Shown here piece by piece: positions 27,816 through 37,795 of a stretch of 64,000 nt of DNA (positions are counted from its first letter, which is position 1; each line of letters begins with the position of its first letter). Under the pieces are notes generated by a model, which saw only the letters and a list, made by a program, of their open reading frames with translations, was not told the DNA's origin and made no database searches. The position numbers and the translations under genes are program-made. Origin of the DNA: Pseudomonadales bacterium (GTDB taxonomy: Bacteria > Patescibacteriota > Microgenomatia > UBA1400 > PJMF01); assembly GCA_020632265.1 (NCBI GenBank), contig JACKFW010000001.1:455-64454 (forward strand), in the 5' to 3' direction.

Positions 27816-28880
27816 TTATGATAAATGAAGTGTGACTTCTTGTTTTTGATTTATTCTAATTGATTGAATTATTCCAAACATACTGATCAATGACAATATC
27901 GAACTACCTCCGTAAGAGATAAAAGGTAGCGTAATGCCCGTGATTGGCAAAATTCCCATATTCATGCCAATGTTAATTCCAATTTGAATTGTTGTCATTA
28001 TGGCTACTACATAACAAAATTTTTTTTCTAACTCATTTTTTGATCTATTAGCTGTGGAAATTAATATAAAAACTAAAGTAAAATACAAAAAAATTATCAA
28101 GCTAGATCCAATAAATCCAAATTCTTCAGCAAAAGATGCAAATATGAAGTCAGTTTGACGTTCTGGTAAAAATCTTAGATGTGACTGAATTCCTTGTCCT
28201 AATCCTTTTCCCAGTAATTTTCCTGATCCAACGGCAATCAGTGATTGGCGAGCATTGTAGCCGGTACCCTGTGAGTCATTGGGAGAAATAAATGAAGTAA
28301 TACGAGATTTTTGGTAAGGTTTTAGAATTAAGTTCCAAGCAAGAAATATTCCTAAAATAGTTAATAAAAACAGAGGAAAAATATGTTTTAGGCTTGTTTT
28401 GGATAAAAAAATTATTATTGATATAGAAGCTAAATAAACTAGAGTAGTTCCCAAGTCAGGTTCAATCAATATTAAAATTGCCGGAATTAAAGTAATGAGT
28501 AAAAATAAAAGCAAGTTCTTTAATCTAGTGAGATGTTTTTTTTGGAAAGTATGTAATAAAAATAGACTGACTGTTGGGATAACTATTTGTGAGGGTTGGA
28601 TTGCAAATATTCCTAAAACATCGATCCATCTAGATGTTCCTCTAGTAATTGGAGCAAGAATTAAGGTAATTGCCAGCAATATAATTGTGCCGAAATATAA
28701 GATAGGACTTATTTTTAATAGTTTTTTGAATGGAATTTGGGCAATCAAAAAAAATATTGCAAAACCAATTAAAAAAAACGATAATTGTTTAGGTGCGAGA
28801 GTTGGAGCAATGCTTGAGAGAATCAAGATGCTTAGTAACCCCAAGACTGAAATAATTGCGGGAATTATCCATAATTTCAT
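27816..28880 (-). CDS. SEDS family peptidoglycan glycosyltransferase (RodA/FtsW-like)
   Basis: 354 aa with ~10 TM and the SEDS C-terminal conserved region (GILPITGITLPFISYGGSS). Confidence 0.8.
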   Translation of the reverse strand: MKLWIIPAIISVLGLLSILILSSIAPTLAPKQLSFFLIGFAIFFLIAQIPFKKLLKISPILYFGTIILLAITLILAPITRGTSRWIDVLGIFAIQPSQIVIPTVSLFLLHTFQKKHLTRLKNLLLFLLITLIPAILILIEPDLGTTLVYLASISIIIFLSKTSLKHIFPLFLLTILGIFLAWNLILKPYQKSRITSFISPNDSQGTGYNARQSLIAVGSGKLLGKGLGQGIQSHLRFLPERQTDFIFASFAEEFGFIGSSLIIFLYFTLVFILISTANRSKNELEKKFCYVVAIMTTIQIGINIGMNMGILPITGITLPFISYGGSSILSLISMFGIIQSIRINQKQEVTLHLS

Positions 28881-29051
28881 TTATAAAAGTATACAGCAGA
28901 TAAAATTTTTGCCAATTCTTTTTTTACTCTTTTAATTTTTTTGTTAAAAAAATTGAGTTGACAGATATAATTGCTCACAATTCATTTGAAATTCAAATTT
29001 GGTTTAGAAATATTAAAATATGGTTTTTAAAATCTAGATTTAATATTAAAA

Positions 29052-31883
29052 CTATTCCACAATTTTAAATTCTTTGCCAATTTTAAGTTTTGTTCCAGTT
29101 TTTTTTTCAATCTCAGTTTTCCATTTTTCTGGCCATTTAGAAATTTCGATAATAACATTGGTTCCTACCTTGAGACCTGCTTTTTTTCTTAATTTTTGAA
29201 TATTTCTGATTATTTCTCTAGCTTCGCCTTCTGCCTTTAAATCATTATCAATTTTGGTATTCAAAATTACTCTCATTGATTCAGTAGTTCGATGCCAATT
29301 CACTTTTTTAACATTAATTTCATCCGCTAAAACTTGCAGAATTAATTCTGTTGGTTCTGCTAGATTGACATAACAAGTTATTTCTTCAAGAGGTTGTCTG
29401 ACTTTAATTCCCGCTTCACTTCTGAGGGCATGAGATTTTTCAACAACTTTCCTAATTATATCAATTTGTTCTTCTAAGGATTTATCAATTGCTTTCGTGT
29501 CTGCTTGTGGCCAATCTGAGTGATGAACACTTGAGTTTTCATTAACTAAATTGTGCCACATTGTTTCACTAAAAAATGGTGTTATTGGAGCAAATAATTG
29601 AGCAATTTTGATTAAAACAAAACCAAATACTTCTTGAGAAGGGTTAAATTGATCGCGCAATCGATCCCTACTTCTTCTTAAATACCAGGTGGAAAGTTCG
29701 TCAATAAAGCTTATCAATCCCCTACTAGCCTTGAGGATATTATAATTGTCCATATATTTTGTTGTATCTTTAATTAATGAATTTAAGCGACTTAAAATCC
29801 ACTTATCCATCACATCACTTGATTCAGGAGATTTTGCAAGGTTAATTTGATGATCTTGATTAGCATAAAGCTTGTAAAAGGCAAATAAGTTCCACCAAAT
29901 TAAAAATACTTTTTTTCGGACATCGGAAACCTCTTTTTCATTGAAATTAAGGTTTTCAGATTTCATTACCGTAGAACTCATCAGATAAAGTCTTAAACTA
30001 TCAACTCCATATTCGTTTATTAAGAGCATAGGATCTGGATAGTTTTTTTTGGATTTACTCATTTTATTACCATCTTGAGCCAAAATTGTTCCAGTTGTAA
30101 GTATATTTTCAACTGCATTTTTATTAAATATACCTACTGAAAGAACGTGCATGGTATAGAACCACGCTCTAGTTTGAGCAATATACTCACTCACAAATTG
30201 AGCAGGATAAGTATCTTCAAATTCTTTTTTATTTTCAAATGGATAGTGTTTAGAAGCAAATGGCATTGATCCCGATTCTACCCAGCAATCAAATACTTCG
30301 GGAATTCTTGTTCCTTTGATAGTTTTTTTATCATCAATCCAAACTTCAAGATCATCTAAAAACTCACGATGAATGTCATCTATTTTTTCAACTTGTTTTG
30401 GATTTACCGCCCATTTCTTTAGTTCTTCTATTGAACCAATGACTCTAATTTGTTTGTCCTTAGAAATCCAAATAGGCATTGGTGTTCCCCAGTATCTTGA
30501 TCTTGAAATGTTCCAGTCTGGAGCTGTTTCAATACCTTTACCAAACCTTCCTTCTTTAAGATGTTTAGGATACCAATTAATATTTTCATTTTGTTGGAGT
30601 AAGTCATTTTTTAATTTTTGAACATTTATAAACCAAGCCGGAACTGCATTATAATAAAGAGGAGTCGAACATCTATAACAGAATGGATAAGAATGAGTGA
30701 TTTTTTCTTCCTTAAACATAAGACCGCGCCTAGCCAGATCTTCGTTGATTGTTTTTTCTGCATTTTTGTAAAATTTTCCCGCAACAAGTTTGACAAAAGG
30801 TAAAAATTTTCCTTCTTCACTTAGAGTTGGAACTAATGGTAAATCTTTTTTTAAGGCTAAAGCGTAATCATCCTCTCCAAAGATGGCTGCCGTGTGTACA
30901 ATTCCAGTTCCATCTTCCATGCTAACGAAATTTCCAGATAAAATTGACCACGCGTTTGGTTTTTTTGATTTTACGTAGTTAAATAAAGGCTGATAGTGTT
31001 TTCCAACTAATTGTTTTCCTTTTACTGTTTTAACAATTTTGAATTTTTTCTGAGCGAAAACTTGATTGACTAAGTCTTTGGCTACCCATAATAATTCGTT
31101 TTCGAATGCAATTTGAACGTAGTGAGCGTTTTCATCTACTGCCAAACCAACATTACCAGGTAGTGTCCATGGAGTTGTTGTCCAGGCTATCAAGTATTCA
31201 TTTTTATTTTTAGAAGTTAAATCATTTTCATTGATTTTAAATTTTATATAAACCGAAAAATCTTCAACGTTTTCATATGAGTTGTCCATTGCAATTTCAA
31301 AGTTGGATAACGGAGTTGAACATCTTGGACAATACATAACAATTTTTCGACCTTCGTATATTAGATCTTTATCGATTAATTGCTTGAAGCCCCACCATAT
31401 AGATTCCATATATGATTTATCCATGGTTTTATAATTATTTTTAAAATCTACCCATCTGCCCAATCGATCAATTATTTTTTCCCACTCAGTGTCTAATCTC
31501 ATCACTTCTCTATGGCAAGCTTGGTTAAACTTATCAATTCCAAGGTCTTCAATACCCTTTTTTCCGCCTTTTATATCTAATTGTTTCTCTATCATGTTTT
31601 CGATTGGTAATCCATGACAATCCCAGCCCCAAACTCTTTCAACTCTATATCCTTTCATGGTCCAATATCTGGGAATTACATCTTTAGACGTACTTCCAAG
31701 TAAATGTCCATAATGAGGAAGACCTGTGGCGAATGGAGGACCGTCATAAAAAACATAGGATTTTGCTTTGTCTCTCATTGAAACAGATTGTTCAAATGAT
31801 TTATTTTTTTTCCAATATTTTAAGACTGAATCTTCTAATTCTGGCAAGTTTGGTCTAACTGGCATTTGTGATAGTTTTGGCAT
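29052..31883 (-). CDS. ileS: Isoleucyl-tRNA synthetase (type 2, archaeal/eukaryote-like)
   Basis: 943 aa with a class I HIGH region in the PPFATGLPHYGH form and a KMSKS motif. Confidence 0.9.
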   Translation of the reverse strand: MPKLSQMPVRPNLPELEDSVLKYWKKNKSFEQSVSMRDKAKSYVFYDGPPFATGLPHYGHLLGSTSKDVIPRYWTMKGYRVERVWGWDCHGLPIENMIEKQLDIKGGKKGIEDLGIDKFNQACHREVMRLDTEWEKIIDRLGRWVDFKNNYKTMDKSYMESIWWGFKQLIDKDLIYEGRKIVMYCPRCSTPLSNFEIAMDNSYENVEDFSVYIKFKINENDLTSKNKNEYLIAWTTTPWTLPGNVGLAVDENAHYVQIAFENELLWVAKDLVNQVFAQKKFKIVKTVKGKQLVGKHYQPLFNYVKSKKPNAWSILSGNFVSMEDGTGIVHTAAIFGEDDYALALKKDLPLVPTLSEEGKFLPFVKLVAGKFYKNAEKTINEDLARRGLMFKEEKITHSYPFCYRCSTPLYYNAVPAWFINVQKLKNDLLQQNENINWYPKHLKEGRFGKGIETAPDWNISRSRYWGTPMPIWISKDKQIRVIGSIEELKKWAVNPKQVEKIDDIHREFLDDLEVWIDDKKTIKGTRIPEVFDCWVESGSMPFASKHYPFENKKEFEDTYPAQFVSEYIAQTRAWFYTMHVLSVGIFNKNAVENILTTGTILAQDGNKMSKSKKNYPDPMLLINEYGVDSLRLYLMSSTVMKSENLNFNEKEVSDVRKKVFLIWWNLFAFYKLYANQDHQINLAKSPESSDVMDKWILSRLNSLIKDTTKYMDNYNILKASRGLISFIDELSTWYLRRSRDRLRDQFNPSQEVFGFVLIKIAQLFAPITPFFSETMWHNLVNENSSVHHSDWPQADTKAIDKSLEEQIDIIRKVVEKSHALRSEAGIKVRQPLEEITCYVNLAEPTELILQVLADEINVKKVNWHRTTESMRVILNTKIDNDLKAEGEAREIIRNIQKLRKKAGLKVGTNVIIEISKWPEKWKTEIEKKTGTKLKIGKEFKIVE

Positions 31884-32200
31884 ATTTCCTTATGACTTAA
31901 TTAATTTAGTTAATATTAAAAAAGCCCTCTTGTAACTAGTTTATTTTCATGCGCACGACGCATTATTTTTTACTAGTTACAAGAGGGCCTTCAATTCAAA
32001 AAGAATTTTGATGGCGGTTCCACCTCTTTTATTTGAATAGAGGCGTTGATGATTCAACACTTTTTTATTCAAACATCTTATTTCCAGCTATTACGGGCAT
32101 ACCCGAAGAGATCTACTAATTTTGCGATTGGTAAATGATTTGAAATCAATTTATTTATCGCTCAACTTTCTACTCCCACCTTGTTCTGTGATTTCCTTTT
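31884..32200 (-). promoter_or_regulatory. Putative T-box riboswitch leader of ileS (Ile specifier AUC, ultrashort Stem I, transcription-attenuation type)
   Basis: On the minus strand there is a T-box-like AGAGGTGGAACCGCC (rc of 32013-32027). An antiterminator can form from AGAGG / bulge UGGAACC / GCC...GGC / CCUCU. A mutually exclusive terminator follows: a perfect 17-bp stem gccctcttgtaactagt (31924-31940 / 31972-31988) plus a U-run, about 30 nt before the RBS AAGGAA and the ATG. A short upstream hairpin GUUGA-AUCA-UCAAC (rc of 32045-32058) presents AUC+A in its loop. Confidence 0.45.
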
Positions 32201-32226
32201 TATTGGCAGAACTCAAACGGATTTAA

Positions 32227-33021
32227 TTGTGTGCATTTATTATAACACAATTTTCAATATGTTATTATTTAGGGATGATAATAAATACAGATTTACTCAA
32301 ATCTTTAAGAGCGGTAACTTCTGTTAAAGAATTTAATAATTTAATAAAAACTTTTTTTAGTAAAGTAGGCATTCCAATAGTTGTTTCTGGAAGTATCCCA
32401 AAAGCAACGCCATTGCTAGTGATCTCAAATCATCCTGGGGCAATAGATAGTTTTTTATTGTCATCTTATGCAAATCGTGAAGATACATATTTTGTTGGCA
32501 TTGCAAAATTTTCAGTATTTGGTCCGGTGGTAAAAAAAATGCTTCTGCCAATATATATTAAAGAAAAAATTGACGAGAAAATCTTAAATTTTATTTTAGG
32601 TTTTTTTACAAAAGTTGAAAGCAATTCTCAGTATTCTCAAGAGCAAATGAAACAAAAAAATCGTGAATCAATTTCGCGAGCGGCTGAGATGGTTAATCAA
32701 GATAATATGGTGTCAATATTTCCTGGGGGTGATGGTGGAAAATTAATTTCAGGAAGCGAATGGAAAGCTGGAGTTGGGTTTATGGTTAAAGAAATTTCTA
32801 ATCCTAAAACTCAAGTTGTCTTTGTGAAAATCCATGGCACTAAACCAACTGATTATATGATTTTTGCCTCAGAAACTTTGAGAAAATTATTTTATAAACC
32901 TCAGCCTGTTCAAGTAGTTATCAAAGAGCCAGTTCTTTTATCAAAAATAATTAATCCAGCAGAAAATGGACAGTCTATCACTAGATCTTTGGAAGATAGG
33001 TATAATCAGATTTTTGGGTGA
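32227..33021 (+). CDS. Lysophospholipid (1-acyl-sn-glycerol-3-phosphate) acyltransferase family protein
   Basis: 264 aa. The NHPGAIDS motif (HxxxxD) is characteristic of PlsC-type acyltransferases. Confidence 0.55.
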   Translation: MCAFIITQFSICYYLGMIINTDLLKSLRAVTSVKEFNNLIKTFFSKVGIPIVVSGSIPKATPLLVISNHPGAIDSFLLSSYANREDTYFVGIAKFSVFGPVVKKMLLPIYIKEKIDEKILNFILGFFTKVESNSQYSQEQMKQKNRESISRAAEMVNQDNMVSIFPGGDGGKLISGSEWKAGVGFMVKEISNPKTQVVFVKIHGTKPTDYMIFASETLRKLFYKPQPVQVVIKEPVLLSKIINPAENGQSITRSLEDRYNQIFG

Positions 33022-33063
33022 TTTAAGTGACTTAAAAGAAATTTACAAAAATATTGAATTTTG

Positions 33064-33134
33064 AGCGGGTAAGGAGAGTCGAACTCCTCTATCCAGCTTG
33101 GGAAGCTGGCATTCTACCGATGAACTATACCCGC
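33064..33134 (-). tRNA. tRNA-Gly (anticodon CCC)
   Basis: The reverse complement gives GCGGGTA-TA-GTTC-ATCGGTA-GAAT-G-CCAGC-TTCCCAA-GCTGG-ATAG-AGGAG-TTCGACT-CTCCT-TACCCGC-T. Confidence 0.85.
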
Positions 33135-33169
33135 AATATTTATCAATATTTTGATAACTAAGGATGTAT

Positions 33170-34519
33170 CTAACTTTTTTTACGTCTCAAAAAAGCTGGA
33201 ACTTCAAATTCATCTTCAAAAGCACTTAGGATTGATTTTCTTTTTTGTTCTGGTTTTTCATCATTTTCTTCTTCGTTGGAGTCTTGCGTGGATTTTTTTG
33301 CCAGAGGATTAAAAGCTTTTATGCCACCACTAATTTTATCGCCAAAAGCTTGAGATCTAACAAATGGTCCAGAGATTTCATCATTTTTTGTTGATGCAAT
33401 TTGAGCTGTACTGAGAGGTTGGGTAAATCCTGTTGGCGCTCTATCATATTTGACTTCTGCTGGATCGGGTTGTTCTTCTTTCTTTTTTTGTTCACTCAAT
33501 CTATTTCTTGAATCTCTGCCATATGCTCCGAACAATGGTCTGTTGGATGGAATTTTTAGATCACCGTCATCAAAACCGGTGGCAATGACGCTAATTTTAA
33601 TTTTTGTTCCCATTGTTTCATCAATAGTTGCTCCAAAAATAATGTTTGCTTCTGGATCGGCCGCATTTGCAATAATCGTTGAAGCATCTGAAACTTCACT
33701 CATAGCCATATCAGGACCACCAATAATGTTGTAAAGAATTCCTTTGGCGCCATCAATAGATATTTCTAACAAAGGTGATGCTATAGCCATTCTAGCCGCA
33801 GTTGCTGCTCTATTTTCACCACTAGCTTCACCAATTCCCATTAAGGCAGACCCTGACTCTGACATAATTGTTTTGACATCTGCGAAATCAACATTAATTA
33901 GACCTGGAATAGTAATTAGATCTGAAATTCCCTGAACACCCTGACCAAGAACGTTATCGGCTAGTTTGAATGCATCCAAAAATGTCATTTTTTTATCTAC
34001 AACATCCATAAGTCTTTGATTTGGTATAACGATGAGTGTATCTACGCTATCTTTTAGACTGGCTACACCCTCTTCCGCAGTCATCATTCTTTTTTTGCCC
34101 TCAAAGGCAAATGGTTTAGTTACAACAGCAACAGTGAGTGCTCCTGATTCTTTTGCAATCTCGGTAATTACTGATGATGCGCCAGTTCCAGTGCCACCGC
34201 CCATACCAGCAGTAATAAAAACCATATCAGTATCAAACAATAAATCTTTGAGCTTGTCGTAAGATTCTTCAGCAGCAGTTCTACCAACTTCTGGATCTGC
34301 GCCGGAACCTAAACCTTTTGTAAAATTACTTCCAATTTGTAATTTTGTTTCTGCTTTTGAAGTTAGAAGGGCTTGAGCGTCTGTGTTAACTGCAATAAAT
34401 TCCACACCTTGAATTTGATTGGAATCTATCATCGAATTAACGGCGTTTCCTCCTCCGCCTCCGACTCCGATAACTTTAATTTTTGCGAATGTAGTGTTTG
34501 TTGGTTTTACAAGTGCCAT
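33170..34519 (-). CDS. ftsZ: Cell division GTPase FtsZ
   Basis: 449 aa with the GGGTGTG tubulin signature and a long disordered C-terminal linker. Confidence 0.95.
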   Translation of the reverse strand: MALVKPTNTTFAKIKVIGVGGGGGNAVNSMIDSNQIQGVEFIAVNTDAQALLTSKAETKLQIGSNFTKGLGSGADPEVGRTAAEESYDKLKDLLFDTDMVFITAGMGGGTGTGASSVITEIAKESGALTVAVVTKPFAFEGKKRMMTAEEGVASLKDSVDTLIVIPNQRLMDVVDKKMTFLDAFKLADNVLGQGVQGISDLITIPGLINVDFADVKTIMSESGSALMGIGEASGENRAATAARMAIASPLLEISIDGAKGILYNIIGGPDMAMSEVSDASTIIANAADPEANIIFGATIDETMGTKIKISVIATGFDDGDLKIPSNRPLFGAYGRDSRNRLSEQKKKEEQPDPAEVKYDRAPTGFTQPLSTAQIASTKNDEISGPFVRSQAFGDKISGGIKAFNPLAKKSTQDSNEEENDEKPEQKRKSILSAFEDEFEVPAFLRRKKS

Positions 34520-34597
34520 ATATTAATCTTAAATGTATAAACTAGTACTCTTAATGACAAAGTGTATCACTAAAATGAAGTGATCAGCAAGAGCAAT

Positions 34598-35908
34598 TTA
34601 GGGTATTAATGATTTAATAAATTTACCCACAGTATTAGGTATTGATCCAAACGAAAATCCTTTAAATATTGATTTAAGATTAAATCCTTCTCCAGTACTA
34701 CTGCCTCCTTCTCTTTTCCCATAAATTAAAAGTCCAATACTTGTTGCATATCCAGGTTTTTTAATATCAGATGTAAGTCCTTGAAGTTCAATTGGTTTCC
34801 CAATTCTGGCAGAGAGATTAAGTTCTCTCTTTGCAACCTCGGCAATTTTTGTTGTTTCTGCTCCACCTCCAGTAATAACAATGCCGGCTGGAATAAGTGG
34901 AAATAAGTTTTCTTTTTTAAGTTCATCGCCCACGAGTGAAAAAATTTCTTGCATTCTTGGGAGCATAATTCTTTCTACTACTTCTTTTTTAGAAAGAGTT
35001 TCAGAAGTGTCACTTGTATCATCAAAGTCTGATAAATTAAGTTGATCAACTTTTTGTTTCCTTTTGTTAAAATCTTGTTTTGATTCTCCTGAAATTGGAG
35101 AAAGATTTTTAAAAGATTCTTTGGAAAGTGCAATTTTAACTTTTTCAGCTGTATCTAGGCTAATTTTACAACCAAGTGCAATGTCTTGAGTAATGTGTCT
35201 TGCGCCAACTGGAAGTGAAGAAGAATATTCAAGTGATCCATCTACATACACGCAAAGTGAGCTTGATCCTGCACCAATATCAAGAATAGCAACTCCAAGT
35301 TCTTTTTCAGTTTCTGATATTACTACGTCTGCTGATGCAAGTCCTGAAAATACAAAGGCATCAACATTTATGCCCAGATCATTAATACATTTTTCCATAT
35401 TTTTTAATGCAGTAGAAAGTCCAGTGATAATATGAGCTTCTGATTCAAGTCTGACTCCAGTCATTCCAATTGGATCTTTAATTCCAGTTTGAGAGTCTAC
35501 CCGAAAATCTTTTGGAACTACATGGATTATTTCTCTCTCAGAAGATAGTGAAACGGCTCGAGCTGCTTCGATGACCCTATCTACGTCGTCTGGGATAATT
35601 TCTTTATTCGGAGAAGCTACAGCAACAACACCTTTGGAATTTTGCGAAGAGATATGTGTTCCGCTAATTGAGACATAAGCACTTTTTACTTCTAATCCAG
35701 CCATTCTTTCTGCTCCATCTAGACTTTCAGTTATTGTTTCAAGCACTTTTTCAAGATCAATAATTTGACTTCGCTTCATTCCTTTGGAAGGAACAGCAGA
35801 TACGCCCATCACTCTAAGAGTCTGAGTTGGTTCTTCAATTGAAGCAATCAAACTAACACATTTATCAGTTCCGACATCAATTGCAGCTATAATTCTATTT
35901 TGAGACAT
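34598..35908 (-). CDS. ftsA: Cell division protein FtsA (actin-like ATPase)
   Basis: 436 aa. It starts MSQNRIIAAIDVGTDKC and has an actin fold. It sits upstream of ftsZ. Confidence 0.9.
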   Translation of the reverse strand: MSQNRIIAAIDVGTDKCVSLIASIEEPTQTLRVMGVSAVPSKGMKRSQIIDLEKVLETITESLDGAERMAGLEVKSAYVSISGTHISSQNSKGVVAVASPNKEIIPDDVDRVIEAARAVSLSSEREIIHVVPKDFRVDSQTGIKDPIGMTGVRLESEAHIITGLSTALKNMEKCINDLGINVDAFVFSGLASADVVISETEKELGVAILDIGAGSSSLCVYVDGSLEYSSSLPVGARHITQDIALGCKISLDTAEKVKIALSKESFKNLSPISGESKQDFNKRKQKVDQLNLSDFDDTSDTSETLSKKEVVERIMLPRMQEIFSLVGDELKKENLFPLIPAGIVITGGGAETTKIAEVAKRELNLSARIGKPIELQGLTSDIKKPGYATSIGLLIYGKREGGSSTGEGFNLKSIFKGFSFGSIPNTVGKFIKSLIP

Positions 35909-35932
35909 AATTCATTTACTAGGATATCAAAT

Positions 35933-36631
35933 TTATTGAGTTGTGCGTAGTACTGGTAAATTGTAACGGAGGTCAATTTCTTTAATAGGCTCCTCATAAT
36001 TTTTGATTTCTCTAGAATCAAGTAATAATTGCAGGCTTTTCAATCTGGATTTGATAGTTTCTTCATCAATAATTACTTCTGGACCGCCGGATATTTCTAA
36101 GATAATCTCTTCATTCTTTTTCCAATTAACCTTTTTAATTATATTCTTATTATTGTCTAGACTATTAATAATTTCAACAATTTGTTGGTGTTTGCTCTGT
36201 TGCACAGATGTATCATTGATTGGATTTTTAATTTCAGGGCTAAAAAAAACAGTGATCAAGTTTTCAATTCCTTGATTATTTGCAAGTATATTTCCGAATT
36301 CACTGATGTAGAAGATTTTATCTCCAACGTTTATTTGATATAAAACTTTTTCATTATTAAAATTTAAGATAACTGTACTTGGAAGACGTTTAGAATAACT
36401 TTCTAATAGAGCAGTTTCAGAATTAAATTCTTGAGCGCTTAATTCTTGTTCAATATTTACTAGAAAAATTGATTTATTTTTAAGTTTTTCAAGTTTTTTA
36501 TACAATGTTTGACCACAATTATCTAAGGAGATTTTACAATCAATAGTATGAATTTTGAATTTGTCAGCACTAAATATAAGTAGCGAAACAGTTATCAGTA
36601 TTAAAACTAAAATCTTTGTGAGCTTTTTCAT
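35933..36631 (-). CDS. FtsQ/DivIB-like cell division protein (single TM plus POTRA-like region)
   Basis: 232 aa with an N-terminal TM. Its position between murG and ftsA matches the canonical dcw order. Sequence similarity is weak. Confidence 0.5.
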   Translation of the reverse strand: MKKLTKILVLILITVSLLIFSADKFKIHTIDCKISLDNCGQTLYKKLEKLKNKSIFLVNIEQELSAQEFNSETALLESYSKRLPSTVILNFNNEKVLYQINVGDKIFYISEFGNILANNQGIENLITVFFSPEIKNPINDTSVQQSKHQQIVEIINSLDNNKNIIKKVNWKKNEEIILEISGGPEVIIDEETIKSRLKSLQLLLDSREIKNYEEPIKEIDLRYNLPVLRTTQ

Positions 36632-36632
36632 T

Positions 36633-37757
36633 TTATGAATTTTTAGAAACTTCTTTAACTAAAGTATAAAGTTTTTTTTCAGAATTTTTTGACTTTATAA
36701 AAGATTTGAGGTTTCTTGAAAATTTTCTATTAAATTTATTTACCAAGTTAATACTATCGATCAAACTTTCAGGATTTAAAAATTTTTGTTCTAGCAGTAT
36801 TGCTTGTTTATTATTAGAAAGAGCTTGAGCATTTTTTAGCTGTTCATCATGATGAGAAAATGGGAGAGGAATTAGAACAGAGGGAATTCCTCTACTAGCA
36901 ATTTCTTCAGTAGTATTTGCTCCAGCTCTTGAAACAATTGCTTTTGCATTTGAATATACCCAAGAAAGCTCTTTCTCATCCAACCATTCCCTTATATAAT
37001 AATTATTTCTATTTAATTTAGGTAATTTATTTTTAATTTCCTCTAGCTCATTTTTATAATTTCGCCGCTTAGTTGGGTTTCCACACTGATGAATTACAAT
37101 CCAATCTTTTGAAATTATTCTAATGATTTGTTCAATCGTATGATTAATGATTTCTGATCCTTGACTTCCACCAGTAATATATAGAATTGGAAATGATAAT
37201 TCTTTATTTATCCATTTGGGTTTATTATTTTCTTCACATAAAATATTTTGTCTAATGAGATTTCCTGTCAAAACTGTAGATTTTTGAGGAAAAAACTTTT
37301 TGCTTTCTGGATAGGAGATTGCAATTTTGTGAGCAAATTTTGCAATTAGTTTGTTTGCAACCCCAGCAGTTCGAGTTTGTTCATGAGTAACAATGGGCAC
37401 TCTCATAATCCAAGAAGCCATAGCTATTGGAACTGCTAAATATCCACCAAATGAAACAAACACGTCCGGTTTAGTTTTTCCTAGCACTAACACAGCTTTT
37501 AGGGTTGAAGTAATTAAGAGCGGAATAGACTTAATTTTTTCAAAATAATTATTTTTAGCTAACTTAATTGAGTGAAATGGAATAAAAACAATATTTCTTT
37601 TTTTAGTTTCTTGTTTTTCCCTTGATTCCTGACTAGATTTTTTTCTAGTATGAGTTCTTCCGATAAATATTATCTCATTTTTCGGATGATTATTTTGAAT
37701 ATAATCAATAAATGCTAGTGCTGGAGTAAGATGACCTCCAGAAATTAATATTTTCAT
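36633..37757 (-). CDS. murG: UDP-N-acetylglucosamine--N-acetylmuramyl-(pentapeptide) pyrophosphoryl-undecaprenol N-acetylglucosamine transferase
   Basis: 374 aa with a GT28 fold (MKILISGGHLTPALA; C-terminal GGSQGS motif). Confidence 0.85.
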   Translation of the reverse strand: MKILISGGHLTPALAFIDYIQNNHPKNEIIFIGRTHTRKKSSQESREKQETKKRNIVFIPFHSIKLAKNNYFEKIKSIPLLITSTLKAVLVLGKTKPDVFVSFGGYLAVPIAMASWIMRVPIVTHEQTRTAGVANKLIAKFAHKIAISYPESKKFFPQKSTVLTGNLIRQNILCEENNKPKWINKELSFPILYITGGSQGSEIINHTIEQIIRIISKDWIVIHQCGNPTKRRNYKNELEEIKNKLPKLNRNNYYIREWLDEKELSWVYSNAKAIVSRAGANTTEEIASRGIPSVLIPLPFSHHDEQLKNAQALSNNKQAILLEQKFLNPESLIDSINLVNKFNRKFSRNLKSFIKSKNSEKKLYTLVKEVSKNS

Positions 37758-37795
37758 TTATTTATATCCTTTTAACTATGATCCCGCTAATGTGC

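Noticed and set aside
31924-31988. Perfect 17-bp inverted repeat as MITE or IS terminal inverted repeats
   Set aside because: It is a single hairpin with A/T runs, placed exactly where a leader terminator is expected. It overlaps the T-box antiterminator 3' strand. There are no target-site duplications and no second copy in the window.
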